From an uncultured Gemmatimonadales bacterium (lineage in GTDB: Bacteria; Gemmatimonadota; Gemmatimonadetes; Longimicrobiales; RSA9), in NCBI GenBank assembly GCA_963816355.1, contig CAWFKH010000003.1, positions 192,001 through 256,000 on the forward strand: DNA of 64,000 bases, in the 5' to 3' direction. This document shows, in pieces, positions 9,655 through 20,984 of this stretch. How positions within the stretch are numbered: position 1 is the stretch's first letter; each line of letters begins with the position of its first letter. The notes under the pieces are model-generated. The model was not told the origin of the DNA. It worked only from the letters and a program-made list of their open reading frames with translations, and did no database searches. A program made the position numbers and the translations under genes.

Positions 9655-12600
9655 CTACAGCAGCGGCCGTGCTCGCTCCGTGAGCTCCGCGAGCTTCGCG
9701 CGCAGCACGTCGAGCCGCGCGTAGGCGTCCTGGCCCGGCCGCTGGTCGGCCTGCGTAGTCATGCCGTACAGGTACTCGAGCTGATCGACGAGCATCGGCT
9801 GCGGGTAGCTCCGGTCCTCGCGCGTCGTCAGCTCGCGCTCGACCGCCGTCAGCCGCTCCAGCTTCACGCGGTCGTGCGCCGCGCGCGCGGCCGCTTCCGC
9901 GCGCGCGACGCGCGCGGTGAGCATGCGCGCTTCGCCCAGCGCGTCCCGGATCCTCAGGTTGAGCTCGAGCTGCGCCTGCATGTCGGCCGTCGTCACGCCG
10001 GCGGCCGTCACGCGCGGATCGGCCGCGACGTGCAGCGCTCGCGTCTCGCTCCAGTCGCCGATCGAGAGGCGGACGCGGTAGTCGCCCGGCACCGCGAGCG
10101 GGCCGTCGCCGCGGCCGCGTCCGGGGTTCTGCTCCCAAGCTCCCGGATAGGCGAGGTCCCAGACGAAGCGGTGCATGCCGCGGCCTCTCGCGAGGCCCGA
10201 CGCACCCGCGGCGGTGTCGCTCGAGAAGGTCCGGATCGTCTCTCCGTCCGGCCCGATGACGTCGATCTTCACGGGTGCGGCGGCAGGCGTCGCCAGCCAG
10301 TAGTCGATGCGCGCGCCCGGCGGCGGGTACTCCGGAGCGGCGGGGTCGCGCGATCCGAAGCCGCGGCGGTAGCGCATGCGGACCGCCGGCGCGGGGGTGA
10401 AGAGGTGGCGCGCGGGGATCGCCGCGGCGGCGTCGTCGGCGTCGTCGTCCGTGCTCGCGCGGGCCTGGACCCAGCCGGCGATCTCGCGCAGCGGCGTGAC
10501 GTCGTCCAGGATCCAGAAGGATCGGCCCTGAGTCGAGAGGACCAGGTCGTCGTCCTTCACCTCGATGTCGGTGACCGGCGTGTGCGGCAGGTCGAGCTGC
10601 AGCGACTGCCAGTGCGCGCCGTCGTCGAACGAGACGTAGATGCCGAATTCGGTGCCGGCGTAGAGCAGGCCGCGCAGCTCCGGGTCCTGGCGGACGACGC
10701 GCGTCGGCTCGTCGGCCGGGATGCCGTTGTCGCCCGGCGTCAGCAGCGTCCAGCGCGCGCCGTAGTCCGTGGTGTGGAAGATGTACGGCTTCCAGTCGTC
10801 GAGCAGGTAGCGGTACGCCGCGACGTACGCCTCGCCGGCGTCGTAGTGCGACGGCTCGATGCTCTGGATGCGCGCGCCCGTCGCCAGTCCCCGCGGCGTG
10901 ACGTCCGTCCACGCGCCGCCGCCGTCCTTCGTGACGTGCACCGGGCCGTCGTTGGCGCCCGTCCAGATCACGCCCGCCCGCAGCGGCGACTCCTCGATCG
11001 CGTAGATGACGCTGTAGACCTCCTCGCCGGTGATGTCGCGCGTGATCGGGCCGCCGGAGGTCCCCTGGTACTGCGGCTCGTCCGCGGTCAGGTCCCCTGA
11101 GATGCGCCGCCAGTGCACGCCGCGGTCGGTGGTCTTCATCACGTACTGCGCGCCGTGGTAGACCGTGTTCGGGTCGTGCGGCGAGACCTCGATCGGGGAG
11201 ACGCGCTGGAAGCGGTACTCGAGGTCGCGCGGCGCCGTGCCGTACATGTTCGCCGCTCCCACGTAGTACTGCTGCTCCTGTCCGGTGCGCAGGTCCTTCA
11301 CGCCGAAGCGCCCCTTGCAGTCGGTGTAGACGACGTCCGGGTCGTCCGGCTTCGGCACGACGGGGCCGGTCTCGCAGCCGCCAATGTCACGCCACCACGC
11401 GGCGTACTCCGGCGGCGGCGTGGCGTCGATCGGCAGACTGGGGACCGAGAGGTTGCTGCCCTGGTCCTGCTGCGCGCCGTAGAGGCGGAAGGGGAAGCGG
11501 CCGTCGACGTCGACCTGGTACAGTTCCGCCGTCGGCTGGTTCAGCTCCGACGACCACGTCCCGCCACCGTTCTGCGTCACGACGGCGCCGCCGTCGTTGG
11601 CCTCGATCATGACGCGCGTGTCGTACGGCGCGATCCACAGGTCGTGGTTGTCGCCGTGCGGCGTGGGCCAGCGGCGGAACGTCGAGCCGCCGTCCGTGGA
11701 GCGGTAGGAGCTCTCGTTCAGGACGTAGACGACGTCGGCGTCCTTCGGGTCCGCGGCGACGTTCGTGTAATAGAACGGCCGGTTCATCAGGCCGTGCTGG
11801 CTGCTGACGAGCTTCCACGTCGCGCCCGCGTCGTCGGAGCGGTAGAGCCCCTCGTCCGGGTCCGCCGTCTCGACGAGCGCGAAGACGCGCTGCGGCGCCG
11901 CCGGCGAGACCGCCAGGTCGATCTTGCCGATCAGGCCGCCGGGCAGCCCCGCCGTCAGCCGCGTCCAGTGGTCGCCGCCATCCGTCGACTTCCAGATGCC
12001 GTCGCCCGCGCTCGCCTTCGCGCCGCTGATGATCGTCCACGGCCGGCGCTCCCCCCGCCACATCGCCGCGTACACGACGTTCGGATGGCCCGGCTGCAGC
12101 TCGAGGTCGATCGCGCCCACGCTGTCCGAGACGAAGAGCACCTTGCGCCACGTCGCACCGCCGTCGCTCGAGCGGTAGACGCCGCGCGACGTGCTCCTGC
12201 CGAAGGGCGTGCCGAGCGCCGCGACGTAGACGCGGTTCGCGTCGCGCGGGTCAATCTCGACCGCGCCGATCTGTCCCACGTCCGCGAGCCCGAGAAAGCG
12301 CCACGTCCGCCCCGCGTCCGTCGAGCGGTAGATCCCGCGCCCGATCGACACGTTGCTGCGGATCGCGTCCGATCCGGTGCCCGCGTAGACGACGTCGGGA
12401 TCCGACGGCGCGACGCTCACGGCGCCCATCGAGCCGGTCGCGAAGTACGGATCCGTCACGTTGCGCCACGTCCCGCCGTAGTCCTCGCTCTTCCACACGC
12501 CGCCGCCGGTCGAGCCGAAGTAGAAGGTCCCCGGCCGCGACGGATCCCCCGCCACCGTGGTCACCCGCCCCCCCCGGCTCGGCCCCACGTTGCGGAAGTG

Positions 12601-12837
12601 CAGCCCCTGGTACAGCGCCGGATCCACGCCACCCGCCCCGCCCATCCCCCCGCCCACGCCCACCGCGCCGCCGCCCCCGCCCCCCCCGCCCCCGCCCACC
12701 GCGCCGCCCCCCGCGCCGCCCCCGCCCACGCCGCGCCCCGTTCCCGCCTGCCCGCGCACCCCGCCGGGAAGCGCCGCCGCCACCACCGCCGCGACCAGAA
12801 GGCAGACCCCCCCACGCCCGAACCGCTCCAGCATCAT
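9655..12837 (-). CDS. Exported VPS10/BNR-repeat beta-propeller protein (glycosyl hydrolase-like)
   Basis: Signal peptide and Gly-rich linker; RNVGPSRGGRV; repeated S/T-x-D-G-G-x-T-W Asp-boxes; C-terminal helical tail. Confidence 0.88.
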   Translation of the reverse strand: MMLERFGRGGVCLLVAAVVAAALPGGVRGQAGTGRGVGGGGAGGGAVGGGGGGGGGGAVGVGGGMGGAGGVDPALYQGLHFRNVGPSRGGRVTTVAGDPSRPGTFYFGSTGGGVWKSEDYGGTWRNVTDPYFATGSMGAVSVAPSDPDVVYAGTGSDAIRSNVSIGRGIYRSTDAGRTWRFLGLADVGQIGAVEIDPRDANRVYVAALGTPFGRSTSRGVYRSSDGGATWRKVLFVSDSVGAIDLELQPGHPNVVYAAMWRGERRPWTIISGAKASAGDGIWKSTDGGDHWTRLTAGLPGGLIGKIDLAVSPAAPQRVFALVETADPDEGLYRSDDAGATWKLVSSQHGLMNRPFYYTNVAADPKDADVVYVLNESSYRSTDGGSTFRRWPTPHGDNHDLWIAPYDTRVMIEANDGGAVVTQNGGGTWSSELNQPTAELYQVDVDGRFPFRLYGAQQDQGSNLSVPSLPIDATPPPEYAAWWRDIGGCETGPVVPKPDDPDVVYTDCKGRFGVKDLRTGQEQQYYVGAANMYGTAPRDLEYRFQRVSPIEVSPHDPNTVYHGAQYVMKTTDRGVHWRRISGDLTADEPQYQGTSGGPITRDITGEEVYSVIYAIEESPLRAGVIWTGANDGPVHVTKDGGGAWTDVTPRGLATGARIQSIEPSHYDAGEAYVAAYRYLLDDWKPYIFHTTDYGARWTLLTPGDNGIPADEPTRVVRQDPELRGLLYAGTEFGIYVSFDDGAHWQSLQLDLPHTPVTDIEVKDDDLVLSTQGRSFWILDDVTPLREIAGWVQARASTDDDADDAAAAIPARHLFTPAPAVRMRYRRGFGSRDPAAPEYPPPGARIDYWLATPAAAPVKIDVIGPDGETIRTFSSDTAAGASGLARGRGMHRFVWDLAYPGAWEQNPGRGRGDGPLAVPGDYRVRLSIGDWSETRALHVAADPRVTAAGVTTADMQAQLELNLRIRDALGEARMLTARVARAEAAARAAHDRVKLERLTAVERELTTREDRSYPQPMLVDQLEYLYGMTTQADQRPGQDAYARLDVLRAKLAELTERARPLL

Positions 12838-12872
12838 GACCCACCCCTCTTCACAGAGAATCCCCCCCCAAA

Positions 12873-13139
12873 CCCCCGACCCCCGACCCCCGCGCCGCGA
12901 AGCCGCGCCCCCCAGACCCCCGACCCCCGACCCCCGCGCCGCGAAGCCGCGCCCCCCAGACCCCCGACCCCCAACCCCCGCGCCGCGAAGCCGCGCCCCC
13001 CAGACCCCCGACCCCCAACCCCCGCGCCGCGAAGCCGCGCCCCCCAGACCCCCGACCCCCAACCCCCGCGCCGCGAAGCCGCGCCCCCCAGACCCCCGAC
13101 CCCCAACCCCCCCCAGACCCCCTCCCCAGACCCCAGACC
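12873..13139. repeat. 44-bp tandem repeat x5 plus C-rich terminal motif
   Basis: Unit CCCCCGACCCCC(G/A)ACCCCCGCGCCGCGAAGCCGCGCCCCCCAGA starts at 12873, 12917, 12961, 13005 and 13049. Confidence 0.95.
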
Positions 13140-13155
13140 CGCCAGCCCCCGCCGG

Positions 13156-13401
13156 CTATCTTTCGGGCCCCCACACCATCGCCCCCCAGATCGCCTCCGG
13201 CCGGAAACAGATATCCCGCCCCCGCTCGTCCTCGAACCACACGGGCCGGCCGTTGCGGATGCGGAACAGGATGCGCCGCTGCAGGTCCAGCGCGGACCGG
13301 CTCCAGCGGGCGCGGAAGAGCACCTCGCCGTCGTCGGTGTTGAGGCGGACGAGGACCGTGGGGATCGTCCGCGATACCGGAGAGGACGCGTAGTAGCCCA
13401 T
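13156..13401 (-). CDS. Small hypothetical protein (81 aa)
   Basis: ATG start and globular-like composition, unlike the overlapping shadow ORFs. Confidence 0.65.
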   Translation of the reverse strand: MGYYASSPVSRTIPTVLVRLNTDDGEVLFRARWSRSALDLQRRILFRIRNGRPVWFEDERGRDICFRPEAIWGAMVWGPER

Positions 13402-13547
13402 CGCCGGGAACGCTAAGCACGTCGTGGGAGTCGGGCAACGGGTTGTGCGCGGCCTTCCGATGGGTTAGACCTCGGCGGGAGGAGCGCGATACGCGCGGAG
13501 CGGAGCGGGCGCCGCCGTTGCTTCGCTGGACCGGAAAGGAGGACGGC

Positions 13548-13784
13548 ATGTGGTTGACGATCTATCTGGTGGCGGCCGCCGTGGTGTGGCTCGCCTTCCT
13601 CGTCCTCGGCAAGGTGACCGGCTGGCTGGGAAGCGGCGGCGGCGACGTCGCCGTCTTCCTCCTCATCGCTTCCACGATGTCGCTGCTCTGGCTCCCCGTG
13701 GTGGTGGGAATCGGAGCTTACTTCCTCGTCGCGATCGTCTTCCGCTTCGTGGGCCCCAAGGCACACCTCACCGAACGCCCCTGA
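13548..13784 (+). CDS. Small membrane protein
   Basis: AAGGAGG RBS before ATG 13548; strongly hydrophobic helices. Confidence 0.75.
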   Translation: MWLTIYLVAAAVVWLAFLVLGKVTGWLGSGGGDVAVFLLIASTMSLLWLPVVVGIGAYFLVAIVFRFVGPKAHLTERP

Positions 13785-13809
13785 GAAGTTCCGAGGCCGC
13801 CCGCCTGCC

Positions 13810-14760
13810 TCACACCCCCTTTTCGCGCCACAGCCGGTCCAGCTCGGCGTGGCGCGGGCCGATCCGCTCCCGCCACTCGGGCAGCGCGTAGATCCCGGAT
13901 CCCGGCGGCGGCCGGCGGCGCCGCGGCGGCTCGACGCCGAGCACGGCGGCCACGGCGCGCCGCAGCCGCGCCCGCGCGTCGACCATGCGCCGGTGGAACT
14001 CCGTCTCGATTCGCGCGTGAGGGCTCATGTTCTGCGCGCTCGGGTGCGTCAGCCAGAGCAGGGCAGGGAGGGGCCGCCCGGACCACGCCTCCGCCCACGA
14101 CTGCGCGAAAGCGTCGTCGGGACGCTCCCCGTCCGGCCACGGCGTGACCTCGCCGCGTGCCATGCCCGCCCGGCGGAGCCGCACCAGCGACGGCAGGCGG
14201 CCGGCGTCCGGCGCGCATGCCGCCGCGAAGGTCGCCCGCAGCCCGACGTTCCCCAGCGCGACGACGAGGCGGGGACCGGCGGCCAGCAGGGTGTCGCGCA
14301 GCAGATGCAGCGACGTCGCGTACGCGCCGACGGGTCGCAGCAGCTCCGCCGTACGCGGCTCGCCGCCGCCGGCGTCCGGCAAGTGGTTCAGCGCGGCGGT
14401 GATGAAGGTGTCGTTGCGCGTGACGCCGACGCTGCCGAGGAGCACATCGAGGTTGGCGCCGGCGACGTCGCCGCCGAACGGGATGCGCGTGCCGTGGGCA
14501 CCCAGCTCACCGCTGCCGCGCCCACCCGCGTTCCCCGGCGCGGCGCCGACCCAGAGCAGGTCGACCTGCCGCCACGCGCCGTTGCGGCGCGACCACACCG
14601 ATGGACGCTCGAGCGGCTGGCCCGCCGCGTCGCGGCAGGCCGCCATCAGCCACTCGTCGTCCAGGCAGGACGGGTGCCCTGCGTGCACGCGGCGGAAGAT
14701 CGTCGCGAAGCGCGCCTCTTCGGCGGCGCGCGAGTCCCTGGCCGTGCGCGTCCCGATCAG
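13810..14760 (-). CDS. Divergent uracil-DNA glycosylase superfamily protein (start uncertain: CTG 14760 or GTG 14688)
   Basis: LLWVGAAPG (motif A-like), IPFGG, FITAALNHLP, LVVALGN, LTHPSA (motif B). Confidence 0.75.
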   Translation of the reverse strand: MIGTRTARDSRAAEEARFATIFRRVHAGHPSCLDDEWLMAACRDAAGQPLERPSVWSRRNGAWRQVDLLWVGAAPGNAGGRGSGELGAHGTRIPFGGDVAGANLDVLLGSVGVTRNDTFITAALNHLPDAGGGEPRTAELLRPVGAYATSLHLLRDTLLAAGPRLVVALGNVGLRATFAAACAPDAGRLPSLVRLRRAGMARGEVTPWPDGERPDDAFAQSWAEAWSGRPLPALLWLTHPSAQNMSPHARIETEFHRRMVDARARLRRAVAAVLGVEPPRRRRPPPGSGIYALPEWRERIGPRHAELDRLWREKGV

Positions 14761-16178
14761 CTCCCGTTGCGGAAGAAGTAGATCCAGCCCTCCAAGGCGC
14801 CGATCGCGGCGATGTCGAGGTCGCCGTCACCGTCGAGGTCCTCGAGCAGCACGCCCCTAGCGCCGTCTCCGACGAGGTAGCTGGACGTGGAGGAGAAGAG
14901 GCCCCGGCCTTGTTCGTTGGTCAGGACGGAGATTTCGTTCGCTCCACTGGCCACCACCATGTCCAGATGTCCGTCGCCGTCGATGTCGCCCACGTCCACC
15001 GCCGCGGCGCCGACCGTCGAGGCGACATCGATGCGCCCGGCCGGCGAGAAATGGACCGGGGCGCTCCCGTCGTTGAGGAAGACGAACATGCTCCGGCCGG
15101 TGCTGCTGAAGACGGCGTAGTCCGCGAAGCCGTCGCCGTTGAAGTCGCCTGCCGCGAGCGCGCTCGGCGGATCCACCGTCGGCGTGGCCGTGGACTCCGT
15201 GTAGGCATGGCCGCCGCGGCCGAGGTAGAGCGTGACCGTGTTGGCCGTCTCGTCCCCGATCAGGAGGTCCAGCACGCCGTCGCGATCGACGTCCACCGCC
15301 GCACAGGCGCTCTTGATGCCGGCGATCGACCTCATCGAAGGCGCGCCGAGGGCGTGATCCGTGACCGGAATCGTCCACACCTGACTGCGGCCGTAAGTGA
15401 TCACTTCGACGCCCGGGATCACGCGGCAGATCCGAGACGCGTCCGCACCGAATGCGGTCGCATCGTCGGCCAGGCCCGCCGCCCCCCGCCCGTGCAGCAA
15501 CACCAGGCTCCCAGCCGCCGCCACCAGCGCGTCCATCGCGCCGTCCCCGTCCACATCCATCCCCTCCACGTCCGACGGCCGACCGCCGTCGATCGCCAGC
15601 GCCCCAGGCTGGAGGTAGCCGCCCGCCCCGTCGTTCAGGTACAGCCGGACATCGCGCGACAGTGAGTTCGAGATCAGGATATCAATGAGACCGTCCCCAT
15701 CGAAATCCCCGCCGAAGATGTCGGTTGGCGCCGTCGGCTCCCCGGCCGGCGCCATCCGCAGGCTGTCGACCAGCGACGGGGCAGCCGAGGCGGGGTTCGT
15801 CGCGACGCGGAACTCGAACGTGTAGGGGTGGTCCAGCGGCCGGCCGTCCTTGCCGCGTGCCGGCGCCGTCAGCGTCGCCGTCACGTGGTCCCCTCGTTTC
15901 ATCGGCGCCGCCGGCGTGAACGTGAACGCCCGCCCCGTCTCCGAGGGAGTGAGTGTGCCTTCGATGCGGCCGTAGCGCCCGGTCACGAGGAACGCGTCCG
16001 CCAGTGTCGTGACGTCCGCCGGGTCATCGAGCGTCACCTCGAGCGACGCCGTCGGCGAGACGGCCGCCTGCAGCGAAGGCGTGCCGCTCACCACGTGGAG
16101 CTTCGGCGCGGGGCCGGTCGCATCCCCGCACGCGGCCACCGCAGCGGCCAGCAGGATGCCGATCGTGCGCGGGCGCAT
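14757..16178 (-). CDS. Lipoprotein with Ig-like domain and FG-GAP/VCBS repeats
   Basis: Lipobox VAAC; repeated GDFDGDG/DVDGDG/GDFNGDG/DLDGDGDLD. Confidence 0.88.
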   Translation of the reverse strand: MRPRTIGILLAAAVAACGDATGPAPKLHVVSGTPSLQAAVSPTASLEVTLDDPADVTTLADAFLVTGRYGRIEGTLTPSETGRAFTFTPAAPMKRGDHVTATLTAPARGKDGRPLDHPYTFEFRVATNPASAAPSLVDSLRMAPAGEPTAPTDIFGGDFDGDGLIDILISNSLSRDVRLYLNDGAGGYLQPGALAIDGGRPSDVEGMDVDGDGAMDALVAAAGSLVLLHGRGAAGLADDATAFGADASRICRVIPGVEVITYGRSQVWTIPVTDHALGAPSMRSIAGIKSACAAVDVDRDGVLDLLIGDETANTVTLYLGRGGHAYTESTATPTVDPPSALAAGDFNGDGFADYAVFSSTGRSMFVFLNDGSAPVHFSPAGRIDVASTVGAAAVDVGDIDGDGHLDMVVASGANEISVLTNEQGRGLFSSTSSYLVGDGARGVLLEDLDGDGDLDIAAIGALEGWIYFFRNGS

Positions 16179-17653
16179 CAGCCCTCCCCGCGGAGAACGT
16201 GGAGCTGACCGTCCGTCGTGGTCGCGCCGATGTCGAGGTCGCCGTCCCCGTCCAGGTCGTCCACGACGAGGGCCGTGATCTCGGCCCCGGCCGGGAAGCT
16301 GATCGCCGTCGCCGGGGAGAAGTGGCCGGCGCCGTCGTTCTCAGCCGCGGTCACGGAGATCGCGCGACCGCCGGAGACCAGGTCGAGGTCGCCGTCGCCG
16401 TCGATGTCACCCAGCGCGAGCGCGCCGGTCACGGGCTCGAACGTGGCGATTTGTCCGGCCGGGCCGAACTCCACCGCATCCGTCCCCTGCTGGAGGAACA
16501 CGTCCAACGCAGCGCCGCTTGCGACGACGAAGTCCGCTCGCCCGTCGCCGTTGAAGTCGCCCGCGACGATCGCACGCGGAACACCCGCGTCGGCCAGTTC
16601 GGCCAGGGTGCCGGCGAGACGGAAGTCCCGGGGACTCTCCGTGCCCTCGTAGAGGTCGACGCGCGCGGCCGCTCCGCCGTACCCGACGAGGAGGTCGAGC
16701 AGCCCGTCCCCGTTCACGTCGGCGACCGCACAGGCGCTGAACCCTGGAGCGACCCCCTCCTCGCGGGACGAGCCGAAGCTTCCCGCGTCGATCGGCACCA
16801 GGAAGAGGTTCTGCTCGTCGTACGTCACCACCCCCCCGGCTCCCGCCGACCCGCAGAAGGCCGTCACGTTCGCATCCACCTGCTGTGCCGCCGCTACCAG
16901 TGCCGAGCCCGCCTGCCCGTGGAACAGGCGCAGCGTGCCGTCCACCGCCAGCGCGTCGAGCACGCCGTCCCCGTTCGCGTCCACCCCTTGCACGGCCAGC
17001 GGGACCGTTTCCCCGAACGTGAGGATCTGTGGATCGCCGAAGCCGCCCGAGCGGTCGTTGCGGTAGAGGCGCACGTCGCGCGCCGCCGTGTCCGCGATCA
17101 GCAGATCGCTCACCCCGTCTCCGTCGAAGTCGCCGCTGAAGACGCTCGCCGGTCCTGGATTCGCACCCGCCGTCCCCAACGGCGTATCCTCGATCTGGAA
17201 TACGAACCCGCTCGCCGCCGTCGCGACGCGGAACTGGAACGTGTAGGCGTGCTGCAGCGGCGTCCCCTCGATGCTCCTGAGGCCTTCCGTGAGGGTGGCG
17301 GTCACCAGATCCCCCGCCTTCATCGGCGACGCCGGCTGGAAAATCAGTCCGAGTCCGTCCTCGGACGCGGCGAGCACGCCCGCGATCCGTCCGGAGGCAC
17401 GGCCGCTCACGATGAAACGACCGGTGATCGTCGACGGATCGATCGGCCGGTCGAAGCCGACCTCGAGCGACGCCGTCGGCGACACATCCACGCGCTGCAC
17501 CGGCGCCGCGCTCACCACGTTGACGGCCCGCGGCGGCGGCGCCGTCGTCGCGTCGGAGCACGCCCCGATCGCCAGCGCCGCCGCGATCGCGGCGAACCCA
17601 CCGCTCGCCGAGAGCCACTCGCGCAGTGGCGCGCCCGCTTTGCCTCGTCGCAT
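16178..17653 (-). CDS. Paralogous lipoprotein with Ig-like domain and FG-GAP/VCBS repeats
   Basis: Lipobox IGAC; shares VSPTASLEV, PMKxGDxVTATLT and YTFxFRVAT with its neighbour; D-x-N/D-G-D-G repeats. Confidence 0.88.
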   Translation of the reverse strand: MRRGKAGAPLREWLSASGGFAAIAAALAIGACSDATTAPPPRAVNVVSAAPVQRVDVSPTASLEVGFDRPIDPSTITGRFIVSGRASGRIAGVLAASEDGLGLIFQPASPMKAGDLVTATLTEGLRSIEGTPLQHAYTFQFRVATAASGFVFQIEDTPLGTAGANPGPASVFSGDFDGDGVSDLLIADTAARDVRLYRNDRSGGFGDPQILTFGETVPLAVQGVDANGDGVLDALAVDGTLRLFHGQAGSALVAAAQQVDANVTAFCGSAGAGGVVTYDEQNLFLVPIDAGSFGSSREEGVAPGFSACAVADVNGDGLLDLLVGYGGAAARVDLYEGTESPRDFRLAGTLAELADAGVPRAIVAGDFNGDGRADFVVASGAALDVFLQQGTDAVEFGPAGQIATFEPVTGALALGDIDGDGDLDLVSGGRAISVTAAENDGAGHFSPATAISFPAGAEITALVVDDLDGDGDLDIGATTTDGQLHVLRGEG

Positions 17654-17698
17654 GATCGACCTCCGCCAGGAAGAGTCCACATCTCCGCCGACCGCGGA

Positions 17699-17774
17699 GC
17701 GGATCGGCAGTCGCCTGCGCGTTGAACGTCGCGTCGGCGGATCGGCAGTCGCCTGCGCGTTGAACGTCGCGTCG
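17699..17774. repeat. 38-bp perfect direct duplication
   Basis: GCGGATCGGCAGTCGCCTGCGCGTTGAACGTCGCGTCG at 17699 and 17737. Confidence 0.9.
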
Positions 17775-17874
17775 GTGGACGGTTCTGACGGCGGATGGGC
17801 CAGGACGTTCGGCCGGGCGCGTGGGGTGTTCCGAGGCGGGATGGACGCGGCCGCCGCGCGACGGCGCGCCGCGC

Positions 17875-18432
17875 TCAGCTTCGCGCGTCGGGCAGGGCGC
17901 CCGTCCAGCGCGTCGAGCGGCCGGTCACTTCGCGCGGCCGGACGCGGACGACGCGCGCGTGCGCCAGCGCCGCGACGTCGGCCACGCCGACGTCCTTGAT
18001 GGAGACGTTGAGGTGGGCCCGCAGCGTGCGCAGCGCCGAGATCCTGCCGGGGACGTCGGCGACCAGCTCGGCGGTTCCGAGAACGACGACGCTGCGCCAG
18101 CGGTGGCCGCCCTGCGCCACCTCCGTCACGGTGAAGCAGACGTCGGGGTTGGCGATCAGGTCCTCCGTCTTGCGGCCCGGGCTGGCGATGAAATAGAGGA
18201 GCTCGCCGTCCCAGCCGAAGATCAGGGGAATCGCGTACGGCCGCCCGTCGTGGATCGTGGCGAGCGTGCCCCAGCGGTTCGCGCACAGGCAATCGGCGAT
18301 GCCGGCCGCGTCCATCGGGATGGAGGCCTTGAAGCGGCTCGCGCCGTGGCCGCCCGCGTGCGCGTCGGCGGGGGCCGACGGGAGCGGATTCGGTTCGTCC
18401 GCCAATGCGATCGCTTCTTGTGCCGTGCTCAT
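17875..18432 (-). CDS. Pyridoxamine 5'-phosphate oxidase-like flavin-binding protein (NimA/NimC-like)
   Basis: GTLAT...PYAIPL...LYF...GRK...NPDVCFTV...WRSVVVLG. Confidence 0.85.
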   Translation of the reverse strand: MSTAQEAIALADEPNPLPSAPADAHAGGHGASRFKASIPMDAAGIADCLCANRWGTLATIHDGRPYAIPLIFGWDGELLYFIASPGRKTEDLIANPDVCFTVTEVAQGGHRWRSVVVLGTAELVADVPGRISALRTLRAHLNVSIKDVGVADVAALAHARVVRVRPREVTGRSTRWTGALPDARS

Positions 18433-18700
18433 TGCCCGTCCGGCTGCGTGAAGCCCGCGCGCGGCACCGCCCGGTGCCGTGGGCCATCGTGGTGAACGTG
18501 GGAGCCAAGGTACGGCGTCGTTCGGGCGCGATCTGTCGGGGGCTCGCCGAACCTGGACCGGGGAAGCTCTTGCCTCGCGTAGGGGATCTCCCGACAGGGA
18601 ATGGGGCTGCGCGGAGTGGTGGATGGCACCGCAGGCGGGCATTATCAGACACGACGGTATGAGGAACGACGACGGCATGCCACGCACGCGAGGTCGCACG

Positions 18701-19981
<1,281 letters not shown>

Positions 19982-19982
19982 A

Positions 19983-20561
19983 TCAGAGACTGTTGAGGAG
20001 GTCGTCGATCGCCTTCTGCACCGCGTCCTTGGCGTGGCCGCTGAGCAGGTTGCGCAGCATCTCGGTGGCGTCGGCGGCGACGTCGTCGGGGTGGTTGCGG
20101 TCGTCGTGGGCCCGGATCACGTTGCCGATCGGCAGGAGCGCCATGCGTGGCTTCTCGCCCTCCGCCTGGCCGTAGTCGTCCTCGATCTCGGGAGGAGGCG
20201 TGGGCACGCTCTCCTTCCACGGCTCCTCCGCCTCCTCTTCGTCGCCCGTCTGGGCCCCGCTGCCGTCCACCGGCAGGACGAGGCAGACGCGCGCCTCGAT
20301 GTCGCCGTTCTCGTCCTCGCTCGCAGCGAGCGCGAGCATCACCGGCTTCTGCAGCAGGGAATTGATCGAGTCCATGGCGTCGGAGTCGACGACGCTGCGC
20401 GCGATCATGTGGTCGTCGTAGAAGTAGGCGAGGCCGACGTTGCCGTCGGGGACCGCGTCGTGGTCGACGGCGCGGGCTTCGATGGCGAGGGGTTCCGGAT
20501 ACGTGACTACGATCAGATGCTCCACGATCTCTCCGTCCAGGCGCTCTCCGGTACGCTTCAC
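19983..20561 (-). CDS. Acidic hypothetical protein
   Basis: GTG start; globular-like composition (EHLIVVTYPEPLAIEAR...MALLPIGNVIR). Confidence 0.7.
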   Translation of the reverse strand: MKRTGERLDGEIVEHLIVVTYPEPLAIEARAVDHDAVPDGNVGLAYFYDDHMIARSVVDSDAMDSINSLLQKPVMLALAASEDENGDIEARVCLVLPVDGSGAQTGDEEEAEEPWKESVPTPPPEIEDDYGQAEGEKPRMALLPIGNVIRAHDDRNHPDDVAADATEMLRNLLSGHAKDAVQKAIDDLLNSL

Positions 20562-20713
20562 GCCATACCCCGGGAGGTCAACCCTTGTGCCGCCGCCGCG
20601 CGTGCCCCCGCGCCGCGGTGGTGGCGGCGCGCTGTGCCGGCGGCGGCGGACCGCTGTGCTGGATACGCCGCGGTCACCGCTCCTGGGCTGGCCGGCTTCC
20701 GTGGAGTTCGCCG

Positions 20714-20893
20714 CTACGTGGAGGGCGGATCGGGCCGGCGCGTGCGGCTCACGCCGGTGAGGATGCCGAGCCCGATGAGCACGATCACGCCGACGCCGAT
20801 CCACATCGACGGGACGCCGACGAGGTAGGCGGCGAGGGCGAGTCCGCCGATCAGGACGACGGTGCCGAAGAGATAGATGGCGAACGATGACAT
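20714..20893 (-). CDS. 59-aa two-TM membrane protein (not in the ORF track)
   Basis: GGGAGG RBS; MSSFAIYLFGTVVLIGGLALAAYLVGVPSMWIGVGVIVLIGLGILTGVSRTRRPDPPST. Confidence 0.75.
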   Translation of the reverse strand: MSSFAIYLFGTVVLIGGLALAAYLVGVPSMWIGVGVIVLIGLGILTGVSRTRRPDPPST

Positions 20894-20984
20894 CGCGCCT
20901 CCCGCATTTCCGGCCGCCCCGTGGACCGGCCCCTCCGGCCCGCGTCGCCGCCACGCCGGGGCGAGGTGGCAAGCCGCGTGCCGG

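Noticed and set aside
12873..13092. CRISPR array
   Set aside because: Units are contiguous and near-identical with no unique spacers; no cas genes in the window.
18433..18700. SAM riboswitch upstream of the Met gamma-lyase-like gene
   Set aside because: I could not find the SAM-I core (AUC...GAG, GCAACC, GUGC, GAU). Only a weak CTGTCGGG...CCCGACAG inverted repeat is present.
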